28,524 nucleotides of DNA from Vacuolonema iberomarrocanum LEGE 07170 (lineage in GTDB: Bacteria; Cyanobacteriota; Cyanobacteriia; Elainellales; Elainellaceae): contig NZ_JADEXA010000076.1 of the NCBI RefSeq assembly GCF_015207365.1, forward strand, positions 1 through 28,524, given 5' to 3'. Below the pieces are notes generated by a model that was given only the letters and a program-made list of their open reading frames with translations, was not told the DNA's origin and searched no databases. Positions within the stretch are counted from its first letter, which is position 1. Each line of letters opens with the position of its first letter. The position numbers and the translations under genes were made by a program. Shown piece after piece: positions 17,001 through 23,769 of the stretch.

Positions 17001-17260
17001 CTGATTTTGTCACAGCTCTAAACAATTTGGCGGTGTTATATGAATTAACGCAACGTTACGAAGAATCTGAAAAATTTTATTTACGTGCTCTCGATATTGA
17101 TTTGACTAGTTCACCTCAAGATTGTCCTAACACTAACTCTATCCATGAAAGGTTGAGTCGGATGATACAGACTGCACTAGAAGCAGGGGAAGCAGAACAA
17201 TTGTCTGATAATTCGACCACTCAGGAAGTGTTGCGGCAGCTAAGAGAGCATTCAGATTAA
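14048..17260 (+). CDS. STAND NTPase: NB-ARC domain with about 14 kinesin-light-chain-type TPR repeats and no N-terminal effector domain
   Basis: FVGRRSEL, Walker A AAGMGGVGKTALA (about aa 50), Walker B RLLVLDDV, LLTSRRR, and GLPL-like GYLPLGIELIG. These are followed by 42-aa repeats with recurring xRY(D/E/S)EAExLY ... LNNLA(L/V)LY. Confidence 0.9.
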   Translation: MGSEQGLNYGLNALGTTLFVGRRSELDVLHQKLIGSGGDTQQVAIAAAAGMGGVGKTALARAYVREQATGYPGGIWWLRVREVDLVSEILAAAAFFGWEVPDLPIDDPERKQVQQVAWCWQQWQDAAPGNRLLVLDDVPDYSTIQPFLPGDASFRVLLTSRRRFSQPVDQIDLRVMKRAEAFRTFRRYVNDDERIRVDVITAKAILNWLGYLPLGIELIGKYLEARPSVSLVILWQRLQEKRLDAKALKELPEEQAYEYDIRAALELSWQELSPLAQQVAGLLSIFALAPIQQDWILYALKDFRQPLNKAFAKLVSTFNPFRKRGTPNLILNITLEELENVLDKELVQGSMVQRLEPGRYQLHQLVQEFLADHLKTKLAIHTKVLQLGVVNAVAQQAKIIPSSPTLADLTYLQDFIPHATTIAHKLIHLSPNNAGWLLTSLAALSQLQNRWDEAEHWHKKWLSMAEFRFGSSHPEVANSLDNLALFYQTVGRYDEAESLYKRALNIYQKYLRSNSSDITSKLNNLALLYNNLALLYWRMERYDEAEFLYHESLALREGQIEIDHDNIITTFSNLAVLYRAMKRYEESEKLCKEVLLEREQHLGSDHPAVATSLNNLALLYEKMERYEEAESLYKRAFTIQNHHMGDDHPETANILYNLANLYYEMKHYEKAEQLFCQVLQIYETQFGDAYPLVEELLSPLILACLENQQYDSAEAFLLKLIQLRSDKLGNSHSETLATRRSLAALYRSVKRYRESEALYLDLLQIYNIQLDADPFNAATILNDLSELYIVMERYSEAEHLLKKLLQIRESQLGNEHLDIADCLNKLGYLYTLIGYYEEAESLYLRVLQIRNASLGSTHQLTADSSNDLAYLYKSMGRYSEAEFLYQEALRVSESNFGADSLEIILNLNNLAMLLESMERYEKAKTLTERILYIQTLHLSGDHSETIDTLFDLASLHKSMQQYNEAESLLLQAVQLLEKNLDFSHPDFVTALNNLAVLYELTQRYEESEKFYLRALDIDLTSSPQDCPNTNSIHERLSRMIQTALEAGEAEQLSDNSTTQEVLRQLREHSD
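15614..15655 (+). repeat. in-frame tandem 21-nt duplication inside a TPR unit (NNLALLY-NNLALLY)
   Basis: AATAATCTAGCATTACTTTAC / AACAACCTAGCATTACTTTAT, read directly. Confidence 0.85.
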
Positions 17261-17530
17261 ATGAGATTTTTCAGATGGAATGAGCAGATAGAGGTTTGTG
17301 AGCATGAAATGAGAAGCATTTGAGCAGAAAAGCTGGATAGGGAAGTGAATATACCCCTGCAAGAGTAAGGTTGTTATCCAATCAATGCTTGCTCGCCCTA
17401 CGGTTCAAGATGATTTGTATGTTACGGCGGATCTTCTTGCAGATTTCGTAGGTGTGGGCACTTTTGATCGTCTGGTGCGGGCGATCGACTTGGGCGAATG
17501 GTGCCTGCGAATGAATTGTGAGCTGGTGTG

Positions 17531-18175
17531 AGCCAATCTGTTGAAATGGGTTGATGCCTCAGGGCACCTACCCGCCCGCGAATGAATGGCGGGCTAATGG
17601 GAGGAAACCCATTGAAATGGGTTCAGCCCCAGACACCAATGCGGGCAGAGAACCCAGTCCACGACAGTGGACTTAATGCGGTAGCCCGCCATTCATTCGC
17701 GGGCGATTCCCACGGATGACAGCGGGCGAATAGGAGCAAAGCCATTGAAATAGGTCGATTGTTCGAGGCACACCCCCGCCCGCGAATGAAATTGCGGGCT
17801 AATGGGAGAAAACCCATTTCAATGGGTTCATGCTGCAAACACCAATGCTGTCAGAAGCCCAGTCCACGACAGTGGACTTGATGCGGTAGCCCGCCATTGA
17901 TTCGCGGGCGATTCTCACGGATGGCGGCGGGCTAGTGTGAGCAAAGCCATTGAAATAGGTCGATTGTTCGAGGCACACCCCCGCCCGCGAATGAAATTGC
18001 GGGCTAATGGGAGAAAACCCATTGAAATGGGTTCATGCTGCAAACACCAACGCTGGCAGAGACCCAGTCCACGGCAGTGGACTTAATGCGGTAGCCCGCC
18101 ATTCATTCGCGGGCGATCTCGACGGATGGTAGCAGGCGATGGAAGCAAATCCATTAAAACGGGTTCATCCCAGCA
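17531..18175. repeat. tandem array (about 3.1 copies, period 204-205 bp) of REPIN-like units, each with two inverted REP hairpins and two further hairpins
   Basis: Forward REP GCCCGCGAATGAA(T/ATT)GGCGGGCTA at 17574, 17778 and 17983. Inverted REP (G)TAGCCCGCCATT(C/G)ATTCGCGGGC at 17682, 17887 and 18092. Inter-REP hairpins include AACCCAT-tgaa-ATGGGTT (17606-17623) and AGTCCAC-gaca-GTGGACT (17656-17673). The flanking copies are degenerate. Confidence 0.8.
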
Positions 18176-18191
18176 AGCATTCATCGGTCGA

Positions 18192-18656
18192 TTAATGGGG
18201 TTTACGCGGAATGTTGAAGAATTGAGGTTCCAGCCCACGAATTAGGGTTTGGGTGTCATGGTGGTGTTTTTGGTTTTCCACATAGGCGATCGCATCTGGC
18301 AATTGTTTCCGGCCTAATGAGAACACCCCATATTCTCGTTGCCATGCGAAGGTTTGGTCTGGGAAGGTTTTATTCAGATGGCGGGAGCTGCTGCCTTTGA
18401 TGCGTTTGACGAATTGAGCGATCGCCAGTTTGGGCGGAATGGACACAATCAGGTGAACATGATCCTCAATCCCCCCAATTGCATGAAACCAACAATCCAA
18501 GGATTTCGCTTTGGCCTGCATGTATTGGTAGAGTTCAGGGCGGATGGGGTCGGTGATTAGGGGAGTGCGATCGCCCGTCGCCCACACCAGATGATAGTAG
18601 GTCTGCCAAGTTGACATTACGCGTGCTTCCTGTGGTTCTTTCTGCAAGATGCCCAT
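18192..18656 (-). CDS. IS200/IS605-family Y1 (HUH) transposase, RAYT-like (REP-associated tyrosine transposase)
   Basis: YHLVWATGDRTP, HUH motif in DHVHLIVS, Tyr region WQREYGVFS, and YVENQKHHH. No tnpB partner. The 3' end sits 17 nt from the REP array. Alternative ATG at 18617. Confidence 0.85.
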   Translation of the reverse strand: MGILQKEPQEARVMSTWQTYYHLVWATGDRTPLITDPIRPELYQYMQAKAKSLDCWFHAIGGIEDHVHLIVSIPPKLAIAQFVKRIKGSSSRHLNKTFPDQTFAWQREYGVFSLGRKQLPDAIAYVENQKHHHDTQTLIRGLEPQFFNIPRKPH

Positions 18657-18681
18657 GTTTCAGCCCTAGCCGAACCCTAAA

Positions 18682-19734
18682 TCACGCTTCGGATTTTTTC
18701 ACGCCCAGCCCCGGTTTCTCGGTGGGGAGCAGCCGCCCCTGCTGCATCGTTGCGCCGTGGAAGGGATCGTCGGTGAGGTTGAGGTGACTATCAAGATCGA
18801 GGTGGGTAGCGAAGGCTCCCAGGTGGGCGGCGGCTGTGTTGGCAAGGGCGCTGTCGGAGTAGCAGCCAAACATGATTTGGAGGCCATGGGTTTGGGCGGT
18901 GTGAATCATCCGCAGGGCTTCGCTGAGGCCGCCGGATTTCATTAGCTTGATGTTGATGCCATCCACTCGCTCGGCCAGCTTAGGAATATCTTGGCGATCG
19001 AAGCAGCTTTCGTCGGCAAACAGCGGCAGGGGCGACTCCTGGCGTAAGCGGGGGAGGGCGTCTTCCCAGCCGACGGGGAGGGGTTGCTCCAGGTAGGTGA
19101 CACCGCGATCGCCCAACCAATGGCTCATGGCGATCGCTCCCTCCAAATCCCAGCCGCCGTTGGCATCCACACTCACCTTTGCTCCCGCCGGTACTTTTTC
19201 TTGTACGGCTAAGAACATGGCCTGATCCGCCTCCAGCCCTGCGGGACTGCCCAGCTTAATCTTTACGGCTTGCACATCCGGCACTGTCGCTAGCCAGTCC
19301 ACTAGCCGCTGTTGTGCCGCATCGGGGGTATTGATGCCAATAGTGACTGAGGTGGGAACCGTGCGATCGCGCTCCAACCCCCACAGCTTCCACAAGGGGA
19401 GTCCCGCGCGTTTGCCCAGCCAGTCGTGCAGCGCCAGATCCAGTGCAGTGCGAGCAGCGGATAGGAGGTTGTGGCTGTCCATCAGCGCTTCGATCGCCTG
19501 ACGGTCGAAGGGCGTGTAGCCATCGAGGTTCGGCAAAAAGGTTTGGAGCGCTTGGGCGATCGCCTCCGTTGTCTGAGGCGTTCCGCGCACAGAAAAGGGT
19601 GAGGCTTCCCCCCACCCTGTGATGCCATCATGGTCAAGCACGAGCCATAGATTCGTTGTTTCGGCAGTAGTTCCCCGGCTGATGGTTAGAGGAACGCGCT
19701 TGTGAACCGTAAACGGGTGCAGATGAATTTGCAT
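18682..19734 (-). CDS. dipeptide epimerase (L-Ala-D/L-Glu epimerase type), enolase superfamily
   Basis: KIKLG (KxK), DANGGW, LEQPL, ADES and KLMKSGG motifs of the muconate-lactonizing/dipeptide epimerase subgroup. Confidence 0.88.
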   Translation of the reverse strand: MQIHLHPFTVHKRVPLTISRGTTAETTNLWLVLDHDGITGWGEASPFSVRGTPQTTEAIAQALQTFLPNLDGYTPFDRQAIEALMDSHNLLSAARTALDLALHDWLGKRAGLPLWKLWGLERDRTVPTSVTIGINTPDAAQQRLVDWLATVPDVQAVKIKLGSPAGLEADQAMFLAVQEKVPAGAKVSVDANGGWDLEGAIAMSHWLGDRGVTYLEQPLPVGWEDALPRLRQESPLPLFADESCFDRQDIPKLAERVDGINIKLMKSGGLSEALRMIHTAQTHGLQIMFGCYSDSALANTAAAHLGAFATHLDLDSHLNLTDDPFHGATMQQGRLLPTEKPGLGVKKSEA

Positions 19735-19764
19735 AGCGTGCTGGATGGATGCGTGCTCCTGCCA

Positions 19765-20052
19765 TCATAGGGCGATCGCGCCGTTCGGCGGTGGCGTTCC
19801 CGGACATTTTGTGGGCAGCTCTACAGAGCGCTCTGCCCCTGTCCATTCATAAATCTCCAGCATGGCAGCACTACAGGAGGTACACCCAGAGCACTTTTCA
19901 ACGACGGGTAATGCCCGCACGCGTCCTTTACGAATGAGCCGCTGCAACATCGAACGCAGGTGATCGGCATCCGTATGGAAATGGGTAGCCAAGTCTGCCA
20001 GGGATGCCTGGTGGTTTTTGGCAAGGTACGTTTGAAGGTCGGTGAGAATCAT
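19765..20052 (-). CDS. feoC: FeoC-like winged-helix protein
   Basis: MILTDLQTYLAKNHQASLADLATHFHTDADHLRSMLQRLIRKGRV plus a Cys cluster CSGCTSC. Located at the distal end of the feo operon. The ORF track extends to 20085; the ATG at 20052 fits FeoC length. Confidence 0.75.
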   Translation of the reverse strand: MILTDLQTYLAKNHQASLADLATHFHTDADHLRSMLQRLIRKGRVRALPVVEKCSGCTSCSAAMLEIYEWTGAERSVELPTKCPGTPPPNGAIAL

Positions 20053-20064
20053 GAGCTTAAGAAA

Positions 20065-20088
20065 CACAAAGGCACAAAGATACAAAGG
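20065..20088. repeat. left 24-bp inverted repeat CACAAAGGCACAAAGATACAAAGG, i.e. (YACAAAGR)x3
   Basis: Read directly. It matches the reverse complement of 20553-20576 at 23/24 positions. Confidence 0.9.
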
Positions 20089-20102
20089 AATGAGGAGAAG
20101 AA

Positions 20103-20489
20103 TTAGAGGGCGATGCGTTTGATGCCATCTCTGATTAAGGGGGTATTGAAATTAATGAGCAGCCCAAGCCGATGTTGGGAGAGCTTGAGATAGGTCATGA
20201 GTTGAGCGGTGTGAATGGGGAGAAGTTCCGCTACGGCTTTAAGTTCAACAATGACGCAGCGGTTGACCAATAAATCGAGTCGGAACCCTGCATCAAGTTG
20301 GACATTTTCATAAATCACTGGCAAAGCCAGCTGACGATCGACGGTTAAGCCTCTTTTTGTCAGCTCGTATTCCAGGCATGTTTCGTAGACGCTCTCCAGA
20401 AGTCCTGCACCCAAGACGGAATGAACCTTGAATGCCGCATCAACAATTTCTTTTGCAACCTGATTTGTTGTGTTGTCGATGGGTTTCAT
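20103..20489 (-). CDS. GxxExxY family protein (PD-(D/E)xK nuclease-like superfamily)
   Basis: Signature GLLESVY, then ..DLLVNRCVIVELKAV.. (D..ExK-like) and ..YLKLSQHRLGLLINFN... ATG at 20489 is preceded by AGGGAG. The ORF-track extension to 20666 reads through the repeat and the feoB 3' end. Confidence 0.85.
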   Translation of the reverse strand: MKPIDNTTNQVAKEIVDAAFKVHSVLGAGLLESVYETCLEYELTKRGLTVDRQLALPVIYENVQLDAGFRLDLLVNRCVIVELKAVAELLPIHTAQLMTYLKLSQHRLGLLINFNTPLIRDGIKRIAL

Positions 20490-20552
20490 CGCAGCTCCCT
20501 GTTGTTGAAACCGCAAATACCCAGAGGCACAAAGCCAGCAACGGGAATATTC

Positions 20553-20576
20553 CCTTTGTGTCTTTGTGCCTTTGTG
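20553..20576. repeat. right 24-bp inverted repeat CCTTTGTGTCTTTGTGCCTTTGTG
   Basis: Read directly. Partner of 20065-20088. Confidence 0.9.
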
Positions 20577-20587
20577 GTGAGTTTTCC

Positions 20588-22972
20588 CTATTGTGGGAGG
20601 GCGCGTCTCCAGCTCCGCAGGAGGAGAAGCGTGGCACCGAGGGCGATCGCCAAACCGATGATCCAACCCATTGAGGTCGTTGGGTGTTGGCTAAAGGTTG
20701 CGCCTTGGTAGAACAGGACGGCACCCCAGTACGCGAGGCCCGTTGTCCACAGCCCAACAAAGGTCGTCCATCCGGCGTTGGTTTCGCGGAAGACGGCACC
20801 CATAGCAGCGACGCAAGGGAAGTACAACAGCACGAACAGCAGGTAGGCAAAGGCTCCGGCCTGTCCGTCGAAGCGGGTTGCCATGGCTCCAAAGGTTCCT
20901 TGGGCCACTTCTTGCTCCTCAGCAGCGGTTTCGATGTCGCTCACATCGCCCACGTTGAGGCCGAGGGGGTCGAGCAGCACGGCAGGCACTTCTGCCAGGT
21001 TGGCCGGAATCGTGGAGACAGCTTCGCCAAGGCCACCCCAGAAGCTGAAGTCACTTTCGTCTTCGGGTTCAATCCCTGCGGCGATCGCATCCTCTTCAGC
21101 CAATGCGCCGTAAAGGGAATCCAGGGTGCCAACCACCGCTTCTTTGGCAAAGACGCCCGTGAAGATACCAACGGTGGCGGGCCAGTTATCTTGCTGGATG
21201 CCCATAGGCGCGAAGGCGGGCGTGATGGTGCGGCTAATGGAACTGAGTACCGAGTTGTCACTATCATCGTTGCCAAAGGAGCCATCGGTGCCAATGGAAC
21301 TCAGCAGGCTGAGGATCATGACCATAATCACAATCACTTTACCGGCGCGCAGGACAAAGGCTTTCAGCCGATCCCAGGTGCGGAGCAACACGCCCTTGGC
21401 GGTAGGGATGTGATAGGGGGGCAGCTCCATGATGAAGGGAGAAATTTCCCCTTGCAGCAGGGTTTGCTTCATCACAAAGCCGGTGAAGATGGCGGCGGCA
21501 ATGCCCAACAGGTAGAGGCCGAAGACGACATTCTGTCCCGACAGGGGGAAGAAGGCCGCGGCAAACAGGGCATAGACCGGGAGCCGCGCCCCACAGGACA
21601 TGAAGGGATTCATCAAGATGGTGAGCAGGCGATCGCGCCGACTCTCCAACGTCCGTGTCGCCATGATGGCAGGCACGTTGCAGCCAAAGCCAATTAGCAT
21701 CGGCACAAAGGACTTACCCGGCAATCCCACCCAGCGCATGAACCGATCCATAACAAAGGCGGCACGCGCCATGTAACCCGAGTCTTCCAGCACCGCAACG
21801 AAGAGGAACAGGAAAGCAATCACGGGAATGAACGTGGCCACGGTTTGAATACCGCCACCCACGCCGTTTGCGATCAAGACTACCAACCATTCGGGGGTTC
21901 CAATGCCGCCCAGGGTATGGCTGACGGCATCTACAAAGATGGTTCCGGCGGCGATGTCAAAGAAGTCGATGAAGGCTCCTCCCACATTGATCGTGAAAAG
22001 GAACAATAGATACATGCAGAACAGGAAGATGGGAACACCCAGCCACCGATTGAGCACGATGCGATCGATGCGATCGGAGGTGGTGATGCCAACCTCTCCC
22101 TGACGATGGGCGGCGGTTTGCACCAGATTGCAAATCCAGCCATAGCGACTGTCGGCGATCAAAATATCCACATCTTCGTGGCGCAGTTGATGAATGCGAT
22201 GCCGCTGTTCGGTTAGGGCACGAACCAACTCTGGGCCACTGCCATTGGGAGCGGCGGTGTCGTCTTGCTCCAGCAGCCGTAGTGCCGTCCAGCGCGAATC
22301 AACGGGGCTGAGGGGCAACTGGGTGGTGATGAGCGGTTGCAGCGTGGCGATCGCCTCTTCCACCACAGGCGGGTAGGCCACATAGGCATGGGTAATAATG
22401 GGGCGATCAAGGCTGGTGGCGATCGCTGACTTCAACGTATCAATGCCCTGGTTGCGTGAGGCCACAATGGGAATCACCGGACATTGCAGCTTCTCAGACA
22501 GCGCACTCACATCAATGTCGATGCGCCGATCTTCCGCCATGTCCACCATATTCAGCGCAACGATCATTGGCAGACGCATTTCCATCAGCTGCGTCGTCAA
22601 ATAGAGGTTACGCTCCAGGTTGGCCGCGTCCACAATATTAACCACTAGATCGGATTCACCCGAGGCAAGATAGGTGCGGGCGATGGTTTCATCCAGCCCT
22701 GTATCAGCATCTTCTGCATCCAGGGCATAAACCCCCGGCAAGTCCACAACCGTCAGATCCCAATGATGGTAGCGATAGCGTCCTTCCTTACGATCGACCG
22801 TTACACCGGGCCAGTTCCCCACTTGTTGGTGGGCACCCGTTAGGTCATTGAACAACGTCGTTTTGCCGCAGTTTGGGTTCCCGACCAGACAGAGGGTGCG
22901 CTGTTCTTGGCCAGAGCCAGAAGGGTCATTCGACCACGCCGCATCGCCGCGACGAGAAATTTCTTTCACCAT
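20588..22972 (-). CDS. feoB: ferrous iron transporter FeoB (N-terminal GTPase plus polytopic membrane domain)
   Basis: G1 GNPNCGKTTLFNDLTG, G3 DLPG and G4 NMVD, followed by a long hydrophobic permease region. 794 aa. Confidence 0.97.
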   Translation of the reverse strand: MVKEISRRGDAAWSNDPSGSGQEQRTLCLVGNPNCGKTTLFNDLTGAHQQVGNWPGVTVDRKEGRYRYHHWDLTVVDLPGVYALDAEDADTGLDETIARTYLASGESDLVVNIVDAANLERNLYLTTQLMEMRLPMIVALNMVDMAEDRRIDIDVSALSEKLQCPVIPIVASRNQGIDTLKSAIATSLDRPIITHAYVAYPPVVEEAIATLQPLITTQLPLSPVDSRWTALRLLEQDDTAAPNGSGPELVRALTEQRHRIHQLRHEDVDILIADSRYGWICNLVQTAAHRQGEVGITTSDRIDRIVLNRWLGVPIFLFCMYLLFLFTINVGGAFIDFFDIAAGTIFVDAVSHTLGGIGTPEWLVVLIANGVGGGIQTVATFIPVIAFLFLFVAVLEDSGYMARAAFVMDRFMRWVGLPGKSFVPMLIGFGCNVPAIMATRTLESRRDRLLTILMNPFMSCGARLPVYALFAAAFFPLSGQNVVFGLYLLGIAAAIFTGFVMKQTLLQGEISPFIMELPPYHIPTAKGVLLRTWDRLKAFVLRAGKVIVIMVMILSLLSSIGTDGSFGNDDSDNSVLSSISRTITPAFAPMGIQQDNWPATVGIFTGVFAKEAVVGTLDSLYGALAEEDAIAAGIEPEDESDFSFWGGLGEAVSTIPANLAEVPAVLLDPLGLNVGDVSDIETAAEEQEVAQGTFGAMATRFDGQAGAFAYLLFVLLYFPCVAAMGAVFRETNAGWTTFVGLWTTGLAYWGAVLFYQGATFSQHPTTSMGWIIGLAIALGATLLLLRSWRRALPQ

Positions 22973-22989
22973 GATGACTTAACCTCACA

Positions 22990-23253
22990 CTAGACAGTTT
23001 GGGGGTCAGTTTTTGATTCGGCGTGCTCAATTTTCAGGGCATCGGCTTCGGCTTTCCGCAGGGTTAGATCAAACCCCCGCACATGCAGTTCTACGGGGTC
23101 ACCCATGGGTGCGAGGCGCAACACTGTAAACTCTGTTCCAGGGGTTAAACCCATCGCCAAGAGTTGGCGCTTATAGTGTTGGGCACTTTCAGCAAAGCCT
23201 GTGATGCGTCCCCGGCTACCTACAGCCAAGTCGCGCAAACGTAAATTGCTCAT
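22990..23253 (-). CDS. feoA: FeoA family protein
   Basis: 87-aa SH3-like FeoA pattern: LRDLAVGSRGRITGF...LLAMGLTPGTEFTVLRLAPMGDPVELHVRGFDLTLRKAEA. Located 17 nt upstream of feoB. Confidence 0.9.
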   Translation of the reverse strand: MSNLRLRDLAVGSRGRITGFAESAQHYKRQLLAMGLTPGTEFTVLRLAPMGDPVELHVRGFDLTLRKAEADALKIEHAESKTDPQTV

Positions 23254-23343
23254 ATCGAAATGTCCTTCTCCAGGTATACGGTGCTGGATACGTCCTAACT
23301 AATGATTGAAAACGTGAAACCCCAACGGTTTGGGCAGATGGGA

Positions 23344-23769
23344 CTAAGGCGATTGATAGAGGGTGACACGAACCTTGTGCGCCATCCCCGCGCCGAGCCC
23401 CAAACGGCTATCTTGAATCGCCAACACAACCGAACCACTGTCGGTGCGACTGATCACTCTTACAACGGCTCCCGCAAAGATGCCCATACTGGTCAATCGA
23501 TGGGTAAATCTCTGGCCTCCCGAAAAGCCAACAATTTCAACCATTTCGCCGATCGCCACCATCGATAATGGAAACGTGGTTCCAGCCCCTCTATCAGCAG
23601 AGGCTGGAGCCGCCTCAGCGGAGTGTTCCAGGGCAGACGAAATCGGAGCAGGTTTGTGCTCTAGCTGATCCTGCTGTTGTTCTGACGGCGCATCGCTTTC
23701 CTCACTAATGAAGGTAAACCCCCAACCAGCGGGTGCAGCCCTGCGTTTGTGGCGATGTCGAAATGGCAT
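23344..23769 (-). CDS. FeoA-domain protein with about 65-aa basic/acidic N-terminal extension
   Basis: C-terminal LSMVAIGEMVEIVGFSGGQRFTHRLTSMGIFAGAVVRVISRTDSGSVVLAIQDSRLGLGAGMAHKVRV matches FeoA. The ORF-track start at 23793 is TTG; the first ATG is at 23769. Confidence 0.8.
   Translation of the reverse strand: MPFRHRHKRRAAPAGWGFTFISEESDAPSEQQQDQLEHKPAPISSALEHSAEAAPASADRGAGTTFPLSMVAIGEMVEIVGFSGGQRFTHRLTSMGIFAGAVVRVISRTDSGSVVLAIQDSRLGLGAGMAHKVRVTLYQSP

Larger units (their letters stand above)
20065..20576 (-). mobile_element. 512-bp inverted-repeat-bounded cassette carrying a GxxExxY gene, filling the feoB-feoC spacer
   Basis: Bounded by the two 24-bp inverted repeats listed separately. The left end is 12 nt from the feoC ATG and the right end is 11 nt from the feoB stop. 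Confidence 0.5.

Noticed and set aside
17623-17838. 71-aa minus-strand ORF in the ORF track
   Set aside because: It lies wholly inside the tandem repeat array and reads through the hairpins. It is an artefact of repeat sequence.
17531-18175. Regularly spaced palindromic repeats that could at first look like a CRISPR array
   Set aside because: The sequence between the palindromes is itself conserved from unit to unit, so there are no unique spacers. The period is about 205 bp, the palindromes alternate in orientation, and no cas genes are present. A tandem REPIN-like repeat fits better.
20684-21697. 337-aa plus-strand ORF, with several shorter ones, opposite feoB
   Set aside because: It is antisense to a well-supported FeoB coding sequence, has a Gly/Arg/His-rich composition with no motifs, and is typical of spurious ORFs in GC-rich DNA.
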